Source of the DNA: Leucoraja erinacea | Taxonomy: Eukaryota | Direction: 5' to 3' | DNA: 64,000 bases | Assembly (NCBI RefSeq): GCF_028641065.1 | Contig: NC_073394.1 | Location: 16,616,001 to 16,680,000, forward strand | Shown: positions 25,814 through 38,559 of the stretch, piece by piece | How positions within the stretch are numbered: position 1 is the first letter of the stretch | Layout: each line of letters starts with the position of its first letter | Translations under genes and position numbers: made by a program | The notes under the pieces: model-generated | Told to the model about the DNA's origin: nothing | Databases searched by the model: none | Seen by the model: only the letters and a program-made list of their open reading frames with translations

Positions 25814-25819
25814 TTTATT
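25814..25819 (-). terminator. Candidate polyadenylation signal of the SLC26-like gene
   Basis: AATAAA on the minus strand about 100 nt after the stop codon. Confidence 0.5.
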
Positions 25820-25917
25820 ATGAATAAATTAAAGCCAACAAAATGCCAGAGCAGAAGTATGGTATTATGTGTCAATCATAATTTCTCTGATTGGGTGGAG
25901 AATAATCAGAATATTTT

Positions 25918-28254
25918 TTACAAAGCTGATTCATATTCAATAACCCTTGGCATTGCCGATTTAATATCGGTCCTTTGATCGGAAATATTCTCGTCTCTCT
26001 CCTCAGGGCCAAAGGCTTCATTTGTACTGTTACTTGCATCCGTCTTAATTTCGATATCCTCACATTGGGTTAGCATTTCACCATCCGTCTCAAGAATACA
26101 TTTGGATCCTTGTGCACTCTGGTTTCTCTCAGCTGCTTGTTGTAGGGAAAATAGTACAGCATCATGGATACTGCTGAAAGTGCAGCTTTGGCTTGTTGCT
26201 TTGAAATAACCCATTTGTTGTATAGTTTTTAAAACTCCACTTGAACAACCAGCAAGAATAAAGCTGATGCCAACACCTTGATATTTCTTAAATAGATTAA
26301 TTAAAGCATTAGCCCCTTCATCGTCCACAAAGCTGACAGACCCACAATCCAAAATAACAGTGTGAATGACTGCAGTTTGTTTGGATATTTTACGCCTATA
26401 CAGTACAGTATTATTCATTCGCCTCAGAGCATTTTCACCCAATGCAAGAAACTGTGAAGATTCCATTAACATATGATATTTATCCTCCTCACTGTATAAT
26501 TTATTATCACTTCCTGAATTTTTACGAGGGTAACAATTTATTTTAACTTTCATCCTGGACAATAAATAATCAACATTCCCATAATATATAGAATGAAATA
26601 TTTTTATAATTTTAATCCCAACTATTTCTTTGGCAGTTTTCTCCAAAGACATGTCTATATAGTTTTCAGTATTGGGAATATGACCTAAAATGGCCATAGA
26701 AGGCCTTTGAAGTCTGTGTAGAGTGAGCAAAATAGAGAAAATTATGCCCACACCTAAACCAATATCTATGTCTAAGAGACATACAGCCAAAAACGTTATG
26801 ATTGCAACCAAAAACTCATATTTTCTCTTCTTACATACAAAACAGTATTTCCAGAAGAACTTGAAGTACCATCCCAGATTCACAATTGCAATAGCACCGA
26901 GAACTGCTTTTGGCACCAATGGAAGTAAAGATTTTGCACAAAGCAGAGCTATTAGACTAAGGCCAGCTGCAATCAACCCTGCAGCTTGCGTTTGACCCCA
27001 GGTTTTTTCCTGTACCATAGATTGTTCCCAAACCCCAGACGCAGCAAAGGTACCCAGAAATGACAGCAACAGATCACAGACTCCCAAAATAATAGTCTCC
27101 TGATGTGAACGATAACTTTGGTTTTGTTTTTTGGAGTTTTCACTCCCCATCGAAATGTTAACTGCAAATGTCACAAGTGCCATAGCAACAGCATCTGCAG
27201 CAACGCTAGCTATTAACGAGAAAGAAGGAAGAATGGGTTTTGGCAAAGTGAATGGATAATTATTTATGAGGCTGATATTGTATCTCTCCTCAAGTTCCAA
27301 CCAGAATGACAAACACATGGAAACAGCTATTGCAATAAACTCTACAGGTATAAGATGCCTACTATATGTACAATTTATTACTTTAAAAGGTGCCAGAAAT
27401 GCCAATGTTGTTAAACCCATAATTACTGAAAAAATGTTTATCTTATTAGTATTTACAATTATGTCTTTGGAAGAATAAAAGAGAGATAAAGGACCATGAT
27501 GAACTGTCCCATCAATACCAAGCAATATCCTCAGGAAAATGATTAATAAGTGCAAGGCTAATCCAGCTCTGAAGCCAAGCATAACAGGCTTGGAGATGCA
27601 AGTTCTTAGGAAGCTGACACAAAAAACTCCCATAAAAATTAAAATAATTCCAGAAACACAAGTGAGAGTAGCCACATGCAGTTCTCTTGAACATTTTGGA
27701 GAACAGTCACTGTCAGAGGCAAGTTCTTGAGCTTCAATATGGCTTGTGCTCTTGGCAATGAGAAGAGCAGTGACTGCAGACATCCCATAAGACAGATGTT
27801 GAGTTGTGCCAAGGAAGCAATATAAGATAGTGGTAACTAAACTTGTATAGACACCATTAACAGCTGGCTCTCCAGCACAAACAGCGAAAGCAAGGGACAG
27901 GGGAATCGTGAGTAGACCCACACTAATTCCAGACAGCAGGTCTCCGATAATCCATGTCTTTACTTTATACCTGGGAAACCATTTAAGGAAAGGAAAAGTT
28001 CGCCGGAATAATTTCTTCAAATTATATGTAACTGGTAAAGTTAGTTCAGATGCTTTTTTTTCATATTCATACAATTTTTCTGCATTGTGATTATCTATGC
28101 GGTGAAAATAAGGAATGTCACCAGTAAATGAAACTCTATATGGTGTCTTTGCAACAAAAGTATAGTTTCTGTCAGTTCTGACCAGAGGGATGTTTGAACC
28201 AGATGGGTCTGCATTTGTGTCACTGGACCAAAAGGACTCTGAACTTCCCAGCAT
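25918..28254 (-). CDS. Intronless divergent SLC26/SulP-family anion-transporter-like protein (about 778 aa) with STAS domain
   Basis: One uninterrupted ORF with GDLLSGISVG, YCFLGT, HQE (NQE), VQExTxGxTQxAG, VNL and STAS ILDCGSVSFVD motifs; C-terminal ESAL. First in-frame ATG after an upstream in-frame TGA is at 28254. Confidence 0.92.
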   Translation of the reverse strand: MLGSSESFWSSDTNADPSGSNIPLVRTDRNYTFVAKTPYRVSFTGDIPYFHRIDNHNAEKLYEYEKKASELTLPVTYNLKKLFRRTFPFLKWFPRYKVKTWIIGDLLSGISVGLLTIPLSLAFAVCAGEPAVNGVYTSLVTTILYCFLGTTQHLSYGMSAVTALLIAKSTSHIEAQELASDSDCSPKCSRELHVATLTCVSGIILIFMGVFCVSFLRTCISKPVMLGFRAGLALHLLIIFLRILLGIDGTVHHGPLSLFYSSKDIIVNTNKINIFSVIMGLTTLAFLAPFKVINCTYSRHLIPVEFIAIAVSMCLSFWLELEERYNISLINNYPFTLPKPILPSFSLIASVAADAVAMALVTFAVNISMGSENSKKQNQSYRSHQETIILGVCDLLLSFLGTFAASGVWEQSMVQEKTWGQTQAAGLIAAGLSLIALLCAKSLLPLVPKAVLGAIAIVNLGWYFKFFWKYCFVCKKRKYEFLVAIITFLAVCLLDIDIGLGVGIIFSILLTLHRLQRPSMAILGHIPNTENYIDMSLEKTAKEIVGIKIIKIFHSIYYGNVDYLLSRMKVKINCYPRKNSGSDNKLYSEEDKYHMLMESSQFLALGENALRRMNNTVLYRRKISKQTAVIHTVILDCGSVSFVDDEGANALINLFKKYQGVGISFILAGCSSGVLKTIQQMGYFKATSQSCTFSSIHDAVLFSLQQAAERNQSAQGSKCILETDGEMLTQCEDIEIKTDASNSTNEAFGPEERDENISDQRTDIKSAMPRVIEYESAL

Positions 28255-30513
28255 CTTCTTTAGCTTTATGGTGATCACTGCCCTTCGTCACATTATGTTC
28301 ATCTTTGTGTTCATTGAATATTTCTCACATACGTTTTCATTTTTTCAATTATCTAAAAATAAAATAAAATTACAATTAAATAAATCATACATCTACTTCA
28401 TTTTAGACCAATTTTGAGTTTGAGTTTAGTTTATTGTCACGTGTTCCGAGGTAAAGTGAAAAGCCTTTATTGCATGCTAAACAGTCAGTGGAAAGACAAT
28501 ACATGATTACAATCAAGCCATCCACAGTATACAGCTTATAGAAGGGAATAACGTGAATAATAATTAGTGCGAGATCAAGTGCAGTAAAGTACGATCAAAG
28601 ATAGTCTAAATGTTTCAGCAAATGAATGCTAGTGTTCCTTAACTTCCCAAGATATTAGCCAAGAATTGACATCAACATTGAAATTGGGCAAAGGTATTGA
28701 ACATTCCCCGCACTGATCCAGTCATACCTCTGGCATTGCTTTTATGTAAATGCTCGTCACCATCAGGTGTCACTTCAACAGGTTATCCCTCACCAGGAGG
28801 TTATCCTTCACCAGGATCCCTCACCAGGAGGATATTATTGCTCATCGGGTGCTGTGTGCTGTACAAAAGGTCTGACAATTTGGAACAAGTAGTTAGGTCA
28901 GCATGTGGATAAAAAACAGAAATACATCAAAGATAAATTCCTAGTCAATGCCAGAGGGTATAGAAGTGGTCAGGAAAATACACTATTATAGATAATATCC
29001 TCTTTGTGACTGAGATAAATAAGAGAAACTATGTGCATTATTTTCCACATAGTTAGACTGATACAATAATGAGTTTACAATTAAAAAAGCCAGGGACCTC
29101 AACAAAGGTCATTTATATCTAACACCAGAATAAGTAAAACTAAAGAAATATAACAGATTTTGATTGCTCGTTTACCTTTTTACAACTCCAAACATTTACA
29201 CAAAACATTTACAACTTCAAACATTTTTTAAATTACAAAAAAAAATTCTAGCCAATAGTCCATTTCAGCAACAATTATGCCATTTCTCAAACCACTGGAA
29301 GTGGCGAGCATCATATGAAAATGTTGGTATTTGACTAATGGTGCATAATTCTTGATACAATATTTCTTCCAATTATTTTTAGGCTTGGTCTTTTTCCTTT
29401 TATTTGTGTTTTTAGCATTACAGAGAGGAGAGATAACAATCATTCGCACAGTGTGAAGCTAAGTCAGGCTGTGGTCTGTTGGAATTGGGCTGGTGACTGG
29501 TTGTCTGGTCTGCCTACAGTTTGGGGTGTTTGATGATCGAGAAAAAGGTGCGGAAGATATTTATTAGAATGGCACCAATGTCAGGTGCGAAGAAATTCCG
29601 GGGATTTTCTCCTTGAAATAAAAGTTGAGAGTAGCTTTAGTCAAGCTATAAACTATCATGACTGTCATAAAGTAAATGGAATAAAGCCGATCTCCTTGGC
29701 GGATGGTTTGAGAACCCGAGGCACAGATTCAGTGTTAGGAGAAAAAGGCACAAAGGGATGTGAAGACACTAATTTTATGCAGAGACGGATAATGATCCAA
29801 AACTCACTGTATGAAAGAGTGGAAACAGAGCCAATAAAGGAAATTAGATGAGCCCTTACCGAAAATATTTTGCAGAGATTTGGGCAAAGAGACTGAATAG
29901 ATTATTGTACAGTAAAAACAAATGATGGGCTGAATGGCATTCACTGTGCTGCAGCAATTCAAAGGTTCTAATTACAGCAGGAGCAGGATATTTTAAGGCT
30001 GTAAGGGGGGGAAATTCCACCATAAGTTGGATCAGTTGATCAGAGGAGGCACTGAGGCAATTATGGGGCAGGGCAATTAGAAGTGAGGAAACATTAACAA
30101 TTTATTTCCGTGCTCATTAGGCAACATTGAAAAAAGTCATAAAAATAAACCTCCCTCGATCTCTTCTGGCTGAAATCGTGCTCGCTGCAAGCATTTTATC
30201 AGCAGATTTGGCAGTGGATGGGTGGCTTCAGCTAAAACAGTGAGTGCATCCAAATGATGTCACCATCAGGCAATTTTAACAATGTAATCAGGTTTCTGTT
30301 TGTTTAAGGATGACATGTATCTAAAAGTAAAATAATTGTTTGAACGGCATCCAAAATAAATGGTTCAAAAGTTCCCCAAAGTTGAGGTTAAATCTCTTGC
30401 ATGCACCATTCCCTAGCCAGCTGCCTTGGGTAAAATCGGTTAAAGAGATCAGCAAAACTACAAATTTCACTTTTAGTCCTGTGAATAAAAATATTGAATA
30501 ATTTTGCACTTAC

Positions 30514-30630
30514 CGATTTCCTTGGGCTGTTGTTTTGGTTAATCAGCAGAACAGTAGTGGTTGTTGAGAGATTTGAAGCGACCCTTTGAAGCACTGCTGT
30601 GAAGTCCAAATGTAGTCTCCCAAATAAGGA
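30514..30630 (-). other. Candidate non-coding 5' exon of the SLC26-like gene
   Basis: Consensus donor tcg|gtaagtg (GT at 30513-30512); matching T-rich acceptor tttttag at 28354-28353 just upstream of the CDS; 5' boundary unknown. Confidence 0.3.
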
Positions 30631-32040
30631 CTAGCATGGTGACCACTCGCTAAAAATAGACATGCTATATGGTAACTCAATCTATTTGCATGATATTGGT
30701 CTTTACAGTTGGGAACCCATTAAAAGTACACTACCATATTCTAGTAAGATTTTACCCATTGCTCATGGAGATAAAATTAATATAATTTAGAATGTACAAA
30801 ATTACACAATTTATCTGTTTATCATGTTTGTTTTTTAACAGTTTAATGTGTGATTATTTACTGCATTAAGCATTCTGCTTTATGAATCATTTAATTTCAA
30901 ATGAACAACAACATTCTTTAACAAAACACCACATTGAAATTAAAGACTTATTTTTATCAGTCTGAAGAAGGGTCTCAATCCGAATCGTCACCTAACAATG
31001 TTATCCACGGATGCTGCCCGACCTACTCAGTTACTCCAACATGTTGCATCTGTTTTTGCAAACCAGCATCGGCAGTTCCTTGTTTCTACTGTGTTTTTGT
31101 TCCTCACTGACATTTTTAACAGCTAATTTCAGATGAGTACTAGGTTAATTTCCCTATTTCTTGCACACTGGCAGCAACCCTGTGAGTATCCCCTAAATTG
31201 CCAATAACTCAGTACTACCAGTCATCAGACATAAGTACTGGACAACCCTCTCTGTTTCTAACTCCAGCTACAGCACATGTGAGGTGCTAATTGGAAGCTG
31301 CGGATTCTCCCAGCAGAAATATAGAAACAAGAGTCACCCTGGCTGTACCGTCTCAGTGACTCCTCTTTGAAGTTAGTAACTAGATCTGTTTGTGCCTATG
31401 GCTCTTTACAGCTGGGAATCCCATCAATTATCCATTGCAAAGTTCCACCACAGCAAATTACATTGCTCACAGAGATAAACTGAATAATGTACTGGATCTA
31501 ATAATTTACTTTAAAGTACATAATGGAACCTGGTTTTACTTGTTATTTTCCTCTTCTGTTCCATTGCACTTGACAAATGTAAATATTCTTTCTGTCCTGT
31601 CTGAGCTTTGCTGGTTTTCCCCCTATTTCACACATTCCCTCTTATCCAAGTTCTTGTTATCCTGTTCTTTCAACTCTATTCCCAATAAATTGCTGATCAT
31701 CCAATCTTTCTTTCTGGCTGAGGGCAGTGATATTATTCATGGACATCAATCCTCAAGTCCTGCTTATTCAAATAAGACAAGGAGTCTTATTCAAATTTGA
31801 CAACAATTCATTTGCTCAAAAGAAACAACATTGACTCTTATCTGTAATAACACCACCTCTATCATTGTTCTGACGAACGGTCTTTGACTTGGAACTCTGT
31901 ATCGCTATCCATATATTCTGCTTGACCCACTGTGGGATTTCAGCATTTTCTGTGTGTATTCTTCTTCAGACTGAACTGAACTCTCGTCGGTGAGAGTACT
32001 TGTGATTGTCTGAAAAAGGGTCTCGACCAGAAACGCAACC

Positions 32041-32346
32041 CTCTCCCCAGAGCCCCCCTCCTCTCCCTCTCTACCCCCCCCCCCTCCTCTAGCCGCACCT
32101 GCGCAGTTGGGGGTTATGCATCAGTGGATAGCGCGGGGGATGGGGTAAAAGGAGTGAATGAATAATATTAATATATCAAGGGGGGGGTTAGTGTGTATGT
32201 GTGGGGTGGTTGGCGTGTGTGTGTGGTGGTTGGTGTGTGTGTATGTGTGTGTGTGTGTGCGACGCCGAAGGCCACCCCACCCCCCTCCCTCTCTCCCGCA
32301 ACCGCGCGTTGAGGGGACGGGACCCAACAGATCCCCCTTTGTCTAG
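32041..32346 (+). mobile_element. Non-autonomous Helitron-like element, 3' part
   Basis: Imperfect hairpin gggacccaacagatccc (32319-32335) ending 11 nt before the terminus CTAG|T; internal (TG)n. Confidence 0.55.
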
Positions 32347-32387
32347 TCAGGTAATGATTAGTCAGAGTATAGGGGGGAGTTTGATTG

Positions 32388-33195
32388 TCTGATTGAATGG
32401 TGCCAGAAAGCTAACCTTAGTCTCAACATCAGTAAGACCAAGGAGCTGATTATTGACTTCAGAAGGAGAAGAATCAAGGATCCTCAAAACCTGTCTTCAT
32501 CGGCAGGTCAGTGGTAGAGAAAATCAACAACTTCAAGTTCCTGGGTGTGAATATCTCTGAGAATCTTTCCTGGACTCAGCACATTGATGCAAAACTATAC
32601 AACCAAAGACCATCAATGCCTCTACTTCCTTAGAAGATTGAAGAGACTTGGAATGTAGACTTTTGAATCTCTCTTGAATATCTAAAGATGTATAGTAGTG
32701 AACATATTAACTGGTTGTATCACGGCCTGGTTCGGCAACTCGATCGCCCAGGTACAAAGGAGATTATAAAAAGTAGTGAACACTGTCCAGTCCATCACAG
32801 GTACTGACCTCCCCACCATCAAAGGGATCGATAGGAGGCACTGCCTCAAATAGGCAGCCACCATCATCAAGAACTTTCTCCACCCTGGCCACACACTCAT
32901 TTCACTCTTGCATCAGCAAGCATTTATAGGAGTCTGAAAACTGTGACCTCCAGGTTCAGGAGCAGCTTCTTCCCAACAAACACTTCAAACACCAACTAAA
33001 CAACAGTATGATCGATGATTTGGCTTGTTCGCACGAGGGACTTTGGCCTTTTGTTTTTTCCTAATATTGTATTTTTAAATTTATTGTTTATTGTGTTATC
33101 TATGAGTGCAGTGTTTACTGACCTGTTGAGCAGCTGCAAGTAAAAATTTCTATGTTCTGTTTTCAGTACTTATGACAATTAAAACTCTTGACTCA
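32388..33195 (+). mobile_element. Rex1/Babar-type LINE 3' fragment
   Basis: Decayed KTKELIIDFRR, FKFLGVNISENLSW and GCITAWFGN motifs; tgacaattaaa...cttgac tail. Confidence 0.8.
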
Positions 33196-33787
33196 CACTT
33201 TTCAGCGATATAGTTAAGACTCTGTTTTTCTTCTTTCTTTGGTTGTTGTTCAGGCACTCGCTGAACAACAAACCGGTGATGCAAATTGTCGATTTTCTGG
33301 TAAGATTAACTTTCCATACAATAGATTAAATGGGTGACAAAATTAATTGACCTCTGCTGATGCCACTGTTCAAACATTCACTGACGTACATCGAGCTGAC
33401 TCACCATCTTTTTATTTCCATGCAAAATGAAGTGAAAGTGCTTCACCTGTCATGGACCCATATTCGCTTCTAACATATTCAGTGTTTTCCAGGTTGGAAG
33501 TAAGCATGGTTTTGGTATGCTAATCCACAGAGTCAAAGACTATTTTTATCTGCACTTCTTTGCTTGAATTTATAATTTATGAGCAGTTATCAGACTTAAT
33601 ATTATTCATTCAATACAAAATTAGGATTTCAGGCAATATGATGAAATTATTTTTGTCCTAGGCTGGCAGGAAAAGCTGCAGTAATGCAGCAAATATGATT
33701 CATCAAAGTTCTGCACCATCCTTTACTGCTATGAATAATATTAATGATATGCTGAAGGTCTCTACTTCTTTACACGTCTATTTATAA

Positions 33788-33913
33788 TTCAAGTCAAGTC
33801 AAGGGAGTTTATTGTCATGTGTCCCAGATAGGAAAATGAAATTCTTGCTTGCTGTAGCACAACAGAATATTGTAGGCATAAATACAGACCAGATCAGTGT
33901 GTCCATATACCAT

Positions 33914-33960
<47 letters not shown>

Positions 33961-34437
33961 TAAATAAACAGATATAGTGCAATAGGCTGTTATAGTTCAG
34001 AGTTTGTTTGAAGTTGTGTTTAATAGTCTGATGGTTGTGGGTAAGAAGCTGTTCCTGAACCTGGATGTTGAAGATTTCAGGCACCTGTACCTTCTACCTG
34101 ATGGCAGCGGAGAGATGAGTGTGTGGCCAGGATGGTGTGGGTCCTTGATGATGCTGGCAGCCTTTTTCAGGCAGCGACTGCGATAGATCCCCTCGATGGT
34201 AGGGAGGGCTGAACCGATGATGGACTGGGCAGTGTTTACAACTTTTTGCAGCCTTTTCCGCTCCTGGATGCTCAGGTTGCTGTACCAAGCCACGATGCAA
34301 CTGGTCAGCATGCTCTCTACTGTCACCTGTAGAAGTTCGAGAGAGTCCTCCTTGACATACCAATTCTCCGTAATCTTCTCAGGAAGTAGAGGCATTGATG
34401 TGCTTTCTTTATGATTACATTAGTGTTCTGGGACCAG
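33788..34437 (-). mobile_element. Rex1/Babar-type LINE 3' fragment
   Basis: ORF 33997-34395 ESMLTSCIVAWYSN...IKDPHHPGH...LPSGRRYR; (CTTGA)n tail. Confidence 0.85.
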
Positions 34438-37400
34438 GAGAATAGTAAACAGGTTGTACAGTCAAAAGAACTTCAAAACATTTTCTTTGAGAGACGATTA
34501 ACTATTTTTTAATCCACCTGCCACCAACTATTCCCAACCTGATCCAGTTAATAATTTACCCAAGCTACGCCTGCACGAATGCTTATGTATGTTTCTCAAG
34601 ATGTAGAGGTGAAATGTTGGGCAGTCAAAGAGAACAGTCATGGCAATGAGTTATTATTTTCCATTGGGAGGGTAAGGGGACCGCTGTAGGCCAAATCACC
34701 TCAAAAGAATCATGCTTGTTATCCACAGTCATTGACACTCTGACTTATGACTGTGATTTGGAACCAGTCAAACCTTTGTCCATATGGTTGGTAAACATGT
34801 AAAAAAAACAAATGAGAGAAATACAGTAACTTGTATTGATTGAATTTTAAATTATTTTAATGTTAGTTCATTAATTTTCATCTGAATATAATATTATAGG
34901 ATAAACCATTTCTAGTTTATGGCAATCTCTATTAGAGAATCAACAGCCATGAATTTGTATAAAGTTACACTGACTATTAAAAGTGCAAGCTGGCAAGTGC
35001 AGACCCTACAATTCATTCCTGAATGTTTTCCACCCATTACATAATCTGGCTAGTAGAGAGGATGTATACAGCACTGGGAATTCAAAATATTGTCAGCAAT
35101 GAAGCAAACAGAAGGGAGAAATTGAAAAAGGAAACACCTCATAATTCATGCAGAGTGAGAAAAGCAAAAAAGCCTGAGGAAAGAAGCAGAGATCATTGCT
35201 CTTGATCTTGAATGTGACAAGCTGTATGGTGCTTAATCAAAAGATGAAATCAGTTTACCCCGATCTCACTGGACTGGTATAGGTCAAGGACAGTGAGGTG
35301 CAAGTAAGAGCAGGGTAGGCAATTAAACTGTAAAGCAATTCCTGGTAATGGCTGTGTCCTGAACAACATCAGTTAACAAAACGATCGCAAATATTCCTTT
35401 GGCCTCCAACATGCAGTGGAATTTAGAATTATGAACACTGAATCCGGTACACTCACTTGAAAGAAGTACAAGTGGCCAGCAGATGATTCCAACAGCAATG
35501 CTTGTAGATTCATTTCAACAGTATTTCGTGTAGATTCATTTTCATCTCCAAGGTCCCACTGCAAACACCCGTAACTGGAGTTTGAGGTCTTGGGCAGTGA
35601 TATGGGAGGAGGCGAATAATTGGGCTCACTATTCCTGAACTTTATGGGGAAAATGCCTTGGGTGAGTGGTGCTTTTGAAATGCAGTCAATGTTGTGATGT
35701 AAGAAAGGTTATGGTCAAGCTGCATGCAGCAAGCTTCCACAGATGGGAATATAATGTTGGTTGGAAGATCTCATTTAATAATGTAGATTTGCATTTAAAA
35801 AGTAAACGCGAGGCAGAACACTTCAAAATAAATCAAAAGTGATTTTGCATATTCACCAAAGAGAGAAGGAAATTGCCTCATCCAAAATAATGCATCACTG
35901 ATAGCTTGGAACCTCTGCAGTCCCACATTAGAATGTCAGCTTACTTTGTGTTGCTGGGTTGCACTTAAGTCTCCTCTCACGGTAGCAAAATTGCTAGGTC
36001 ATAATTGATCGTGCCAGCCCTGGCAAAGGCTTTCCACCATGATCTCCCGAGGTGAATGTGGTATCAATTAATTAATGTTGACTCACTTTACTCTGGTTGC
36101 CTTTCTCAGATGTTCACAGATTTCCAACTGCAGAGGCTAGCTGCATGCAGCTTGACCATTACATTTCCTACATCACAACAGTCCACCTTTATGGGTTACT
36201 CTTTATATAGAAGTTAAATTTTTCATTGCTGCAATATTTGCAATTATACAACTGGAATGATCATTTTATTCTGCAGTCTAATTTTAATCTTGAATCTAAA
36301 ATTAATGCATCTAGTTTGAATGTAAAATCAGTGGACACAGCAAAATATAATCTTGATATCTGGTTTTAGCTATTTTAGTTGTACCAACACTGTCAATTGT
36401 ACCAACTATGTCCACAGGATGGCAGTTTAACACAGCATGTTCTACTATTTAAAACAAGCGATCTCTAACTCTTTATAAGTGTGTATAGATAAGTGTGACT
36501 AAAAGTGAAAAGTTCTAAATATTTGGTATATTTTATCAATGCAGTTCTATTTCCTTGTCCTATGTTGTAAATAAAGAAACAAATATTAATGGGCATTGAA
36601 AGATTTGTACACTGTTGTAATTCATTACTGCATTAGCAAAATAATCAAGCCAACTCAATTTCCATTAAAAGTTGGGTAGAACCTTGCAACTTGATCCCTG
36701 CAGAAAATATTAAGAAAAGCTAAATTCCATGTAAAAATAAATTTAAATTGCTCAATCATTTGAAGTATTAGCACTGAAAATAACATGTTTCTTGGCTCAT
36801 GTTTCTGCTGGTTTAAAATCAAACCAGTACTTCTTCATTTTACAGTGGCACAACTGAAGCTGTGTTGTTACTGCTGGCAACATTAACTCTTGTGTTACAA
36901 CCCTGGGGTATTTTATTTATTTCATATTCTGGAATGGCATATGAATATGTTAAGTGTTCATCCACTCATTTTGAACACATAACATAACGATGGTTTTTCA
37001 TTTCTAAAGAACACCATATAAACTGAAAACAGTCACATTGACATAGTGCCATTTTCACCCTATACTTTTAGTCAGAATCCAAGAGAAAATATTAATTGCC
37101 AGATATAATTAGAGTTTGCCACAAGGCCCAGAGCAACATCCCAAGATACTGGTGTTGCCTCTAACTCATTTAAAATATAGACTGCAGTCTAAGGCCCTGA
37201 GGAATGGTCTTCAGAGACCCACGCATGCCAGCTCTCAGAAAGTGACTGTCTGCCACTGACAGACGTGCAGTTACTCCACAGGCCCACTGCAGAAGATAAT
37301 AGGAGGATGAACTTGGTGATATTACTCCCACTAACGCTCGCCTTCCTATTGTTCCTTCAGGGTTGCATGAAACATAAACTCTTGTTTTATGGTCTTAGTG

Positions 37401-38559
37401 CAGATGTGAAGGCAATAAATGTGCTAGTGACCAAATGTCTCTCTCCCAAAATGAAATAGCACTTTAAAAATAATCTGCTGAAAACCAAACAACACCTCTT
37501 TAACTGCTTTGAAATATCCTTTATCAGTTCTTACATTGCATATGAAAATTATATTTTCCAGGGGAGGGAGAGGGGGGAGGAGGGCAAAAACACTGGGAAG
37601 GCACAGGAAACCCCAAGGATTCATTTTTGGTGTGCTGAAGCAGATTACAGAGATTAGTATTATCTCATTCAAAAACTTTGCCTCCACCCCTCACCAGCCA
37701 CTGCCTACGGTTGAACCACACTGTAACCTGACTGTTCCATTTGGCTTCAGACGGAGCTCTGACCACTCCATAACCAAGGCCACTCCATAACCAAGGTCAC
37801 TGATGTCAATCTCTGTAAAACTGACCGTAACCTTTTACAGCCCACAAAAGGAAAGCTTCAGCCATAAGGCGATATTTAAACTTGTAAAATCCTCAATTTT
37901 GTGCTCTCTATGGCCCCACCCCATCCACCCAATTTCTGTCATCTTCTTCACCCTCTAATATCTGTTTTGGGGTCACCTGTCTACCAAAAAAAGACAAGAA
38001 AACACAGGGACATATCTTATATTTGTCTTTGTAAAAACAGATCCATTTATTTTTGCTTCATCTCATTATTTTGGCTATACACCATGATCTATACTACTTC
38101 AAATACAGGATATGCAACAATGGGAATATTACATAAAAAACAGGAAAATAACCTGGAAGTTTGGAGACCTACAGTTTCACTACTGAGTGCTATATTTACG
38201 GAAACACCCATATATCTAAATTCCTTTAAAATGTACTAAAATTACCTAAGTTATTAATAATGGAAAAGGGGAATTTGACCAATGAATTGCTAATCATATT
38301 TTTTCTGCTGCTTGATTAACCTAATCCTGAATAAATGTTACAGTGTTGAGGGATGTTATGACGGGGTTTGCACCAATAGTTTTTTTTAACAAATTTGAGT
38401 TTTGACTTCAGCCAGAATACATTTCATTTACGTCCCTTCACAGATGATCTAAATGGACAAAATTAATGCTAATACACATTTCAAGGATCAGATCATTTAT
38501 TCCGAAGGAGCAAATGGAAATACAGGATGGAGGAATTTAGGATAGGAACTTCAAAGAGT

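Noticed and set aside
28255-28278. GTG start for the SLC26-like ORF
   Set aside because: Eukaryotic gene; the first in-frame ATG is 8 codons downstream
28779-28832. GYPSPG repeat peptide
   Set aside because: Just an ~18-bp micro-tandem of about 3 copies with no gene context
30630-30695. RFX X-box/octamer promoter for the SLC26-like gene
   Set aside because: Only half-site or mismatched matches; too weak to call without data
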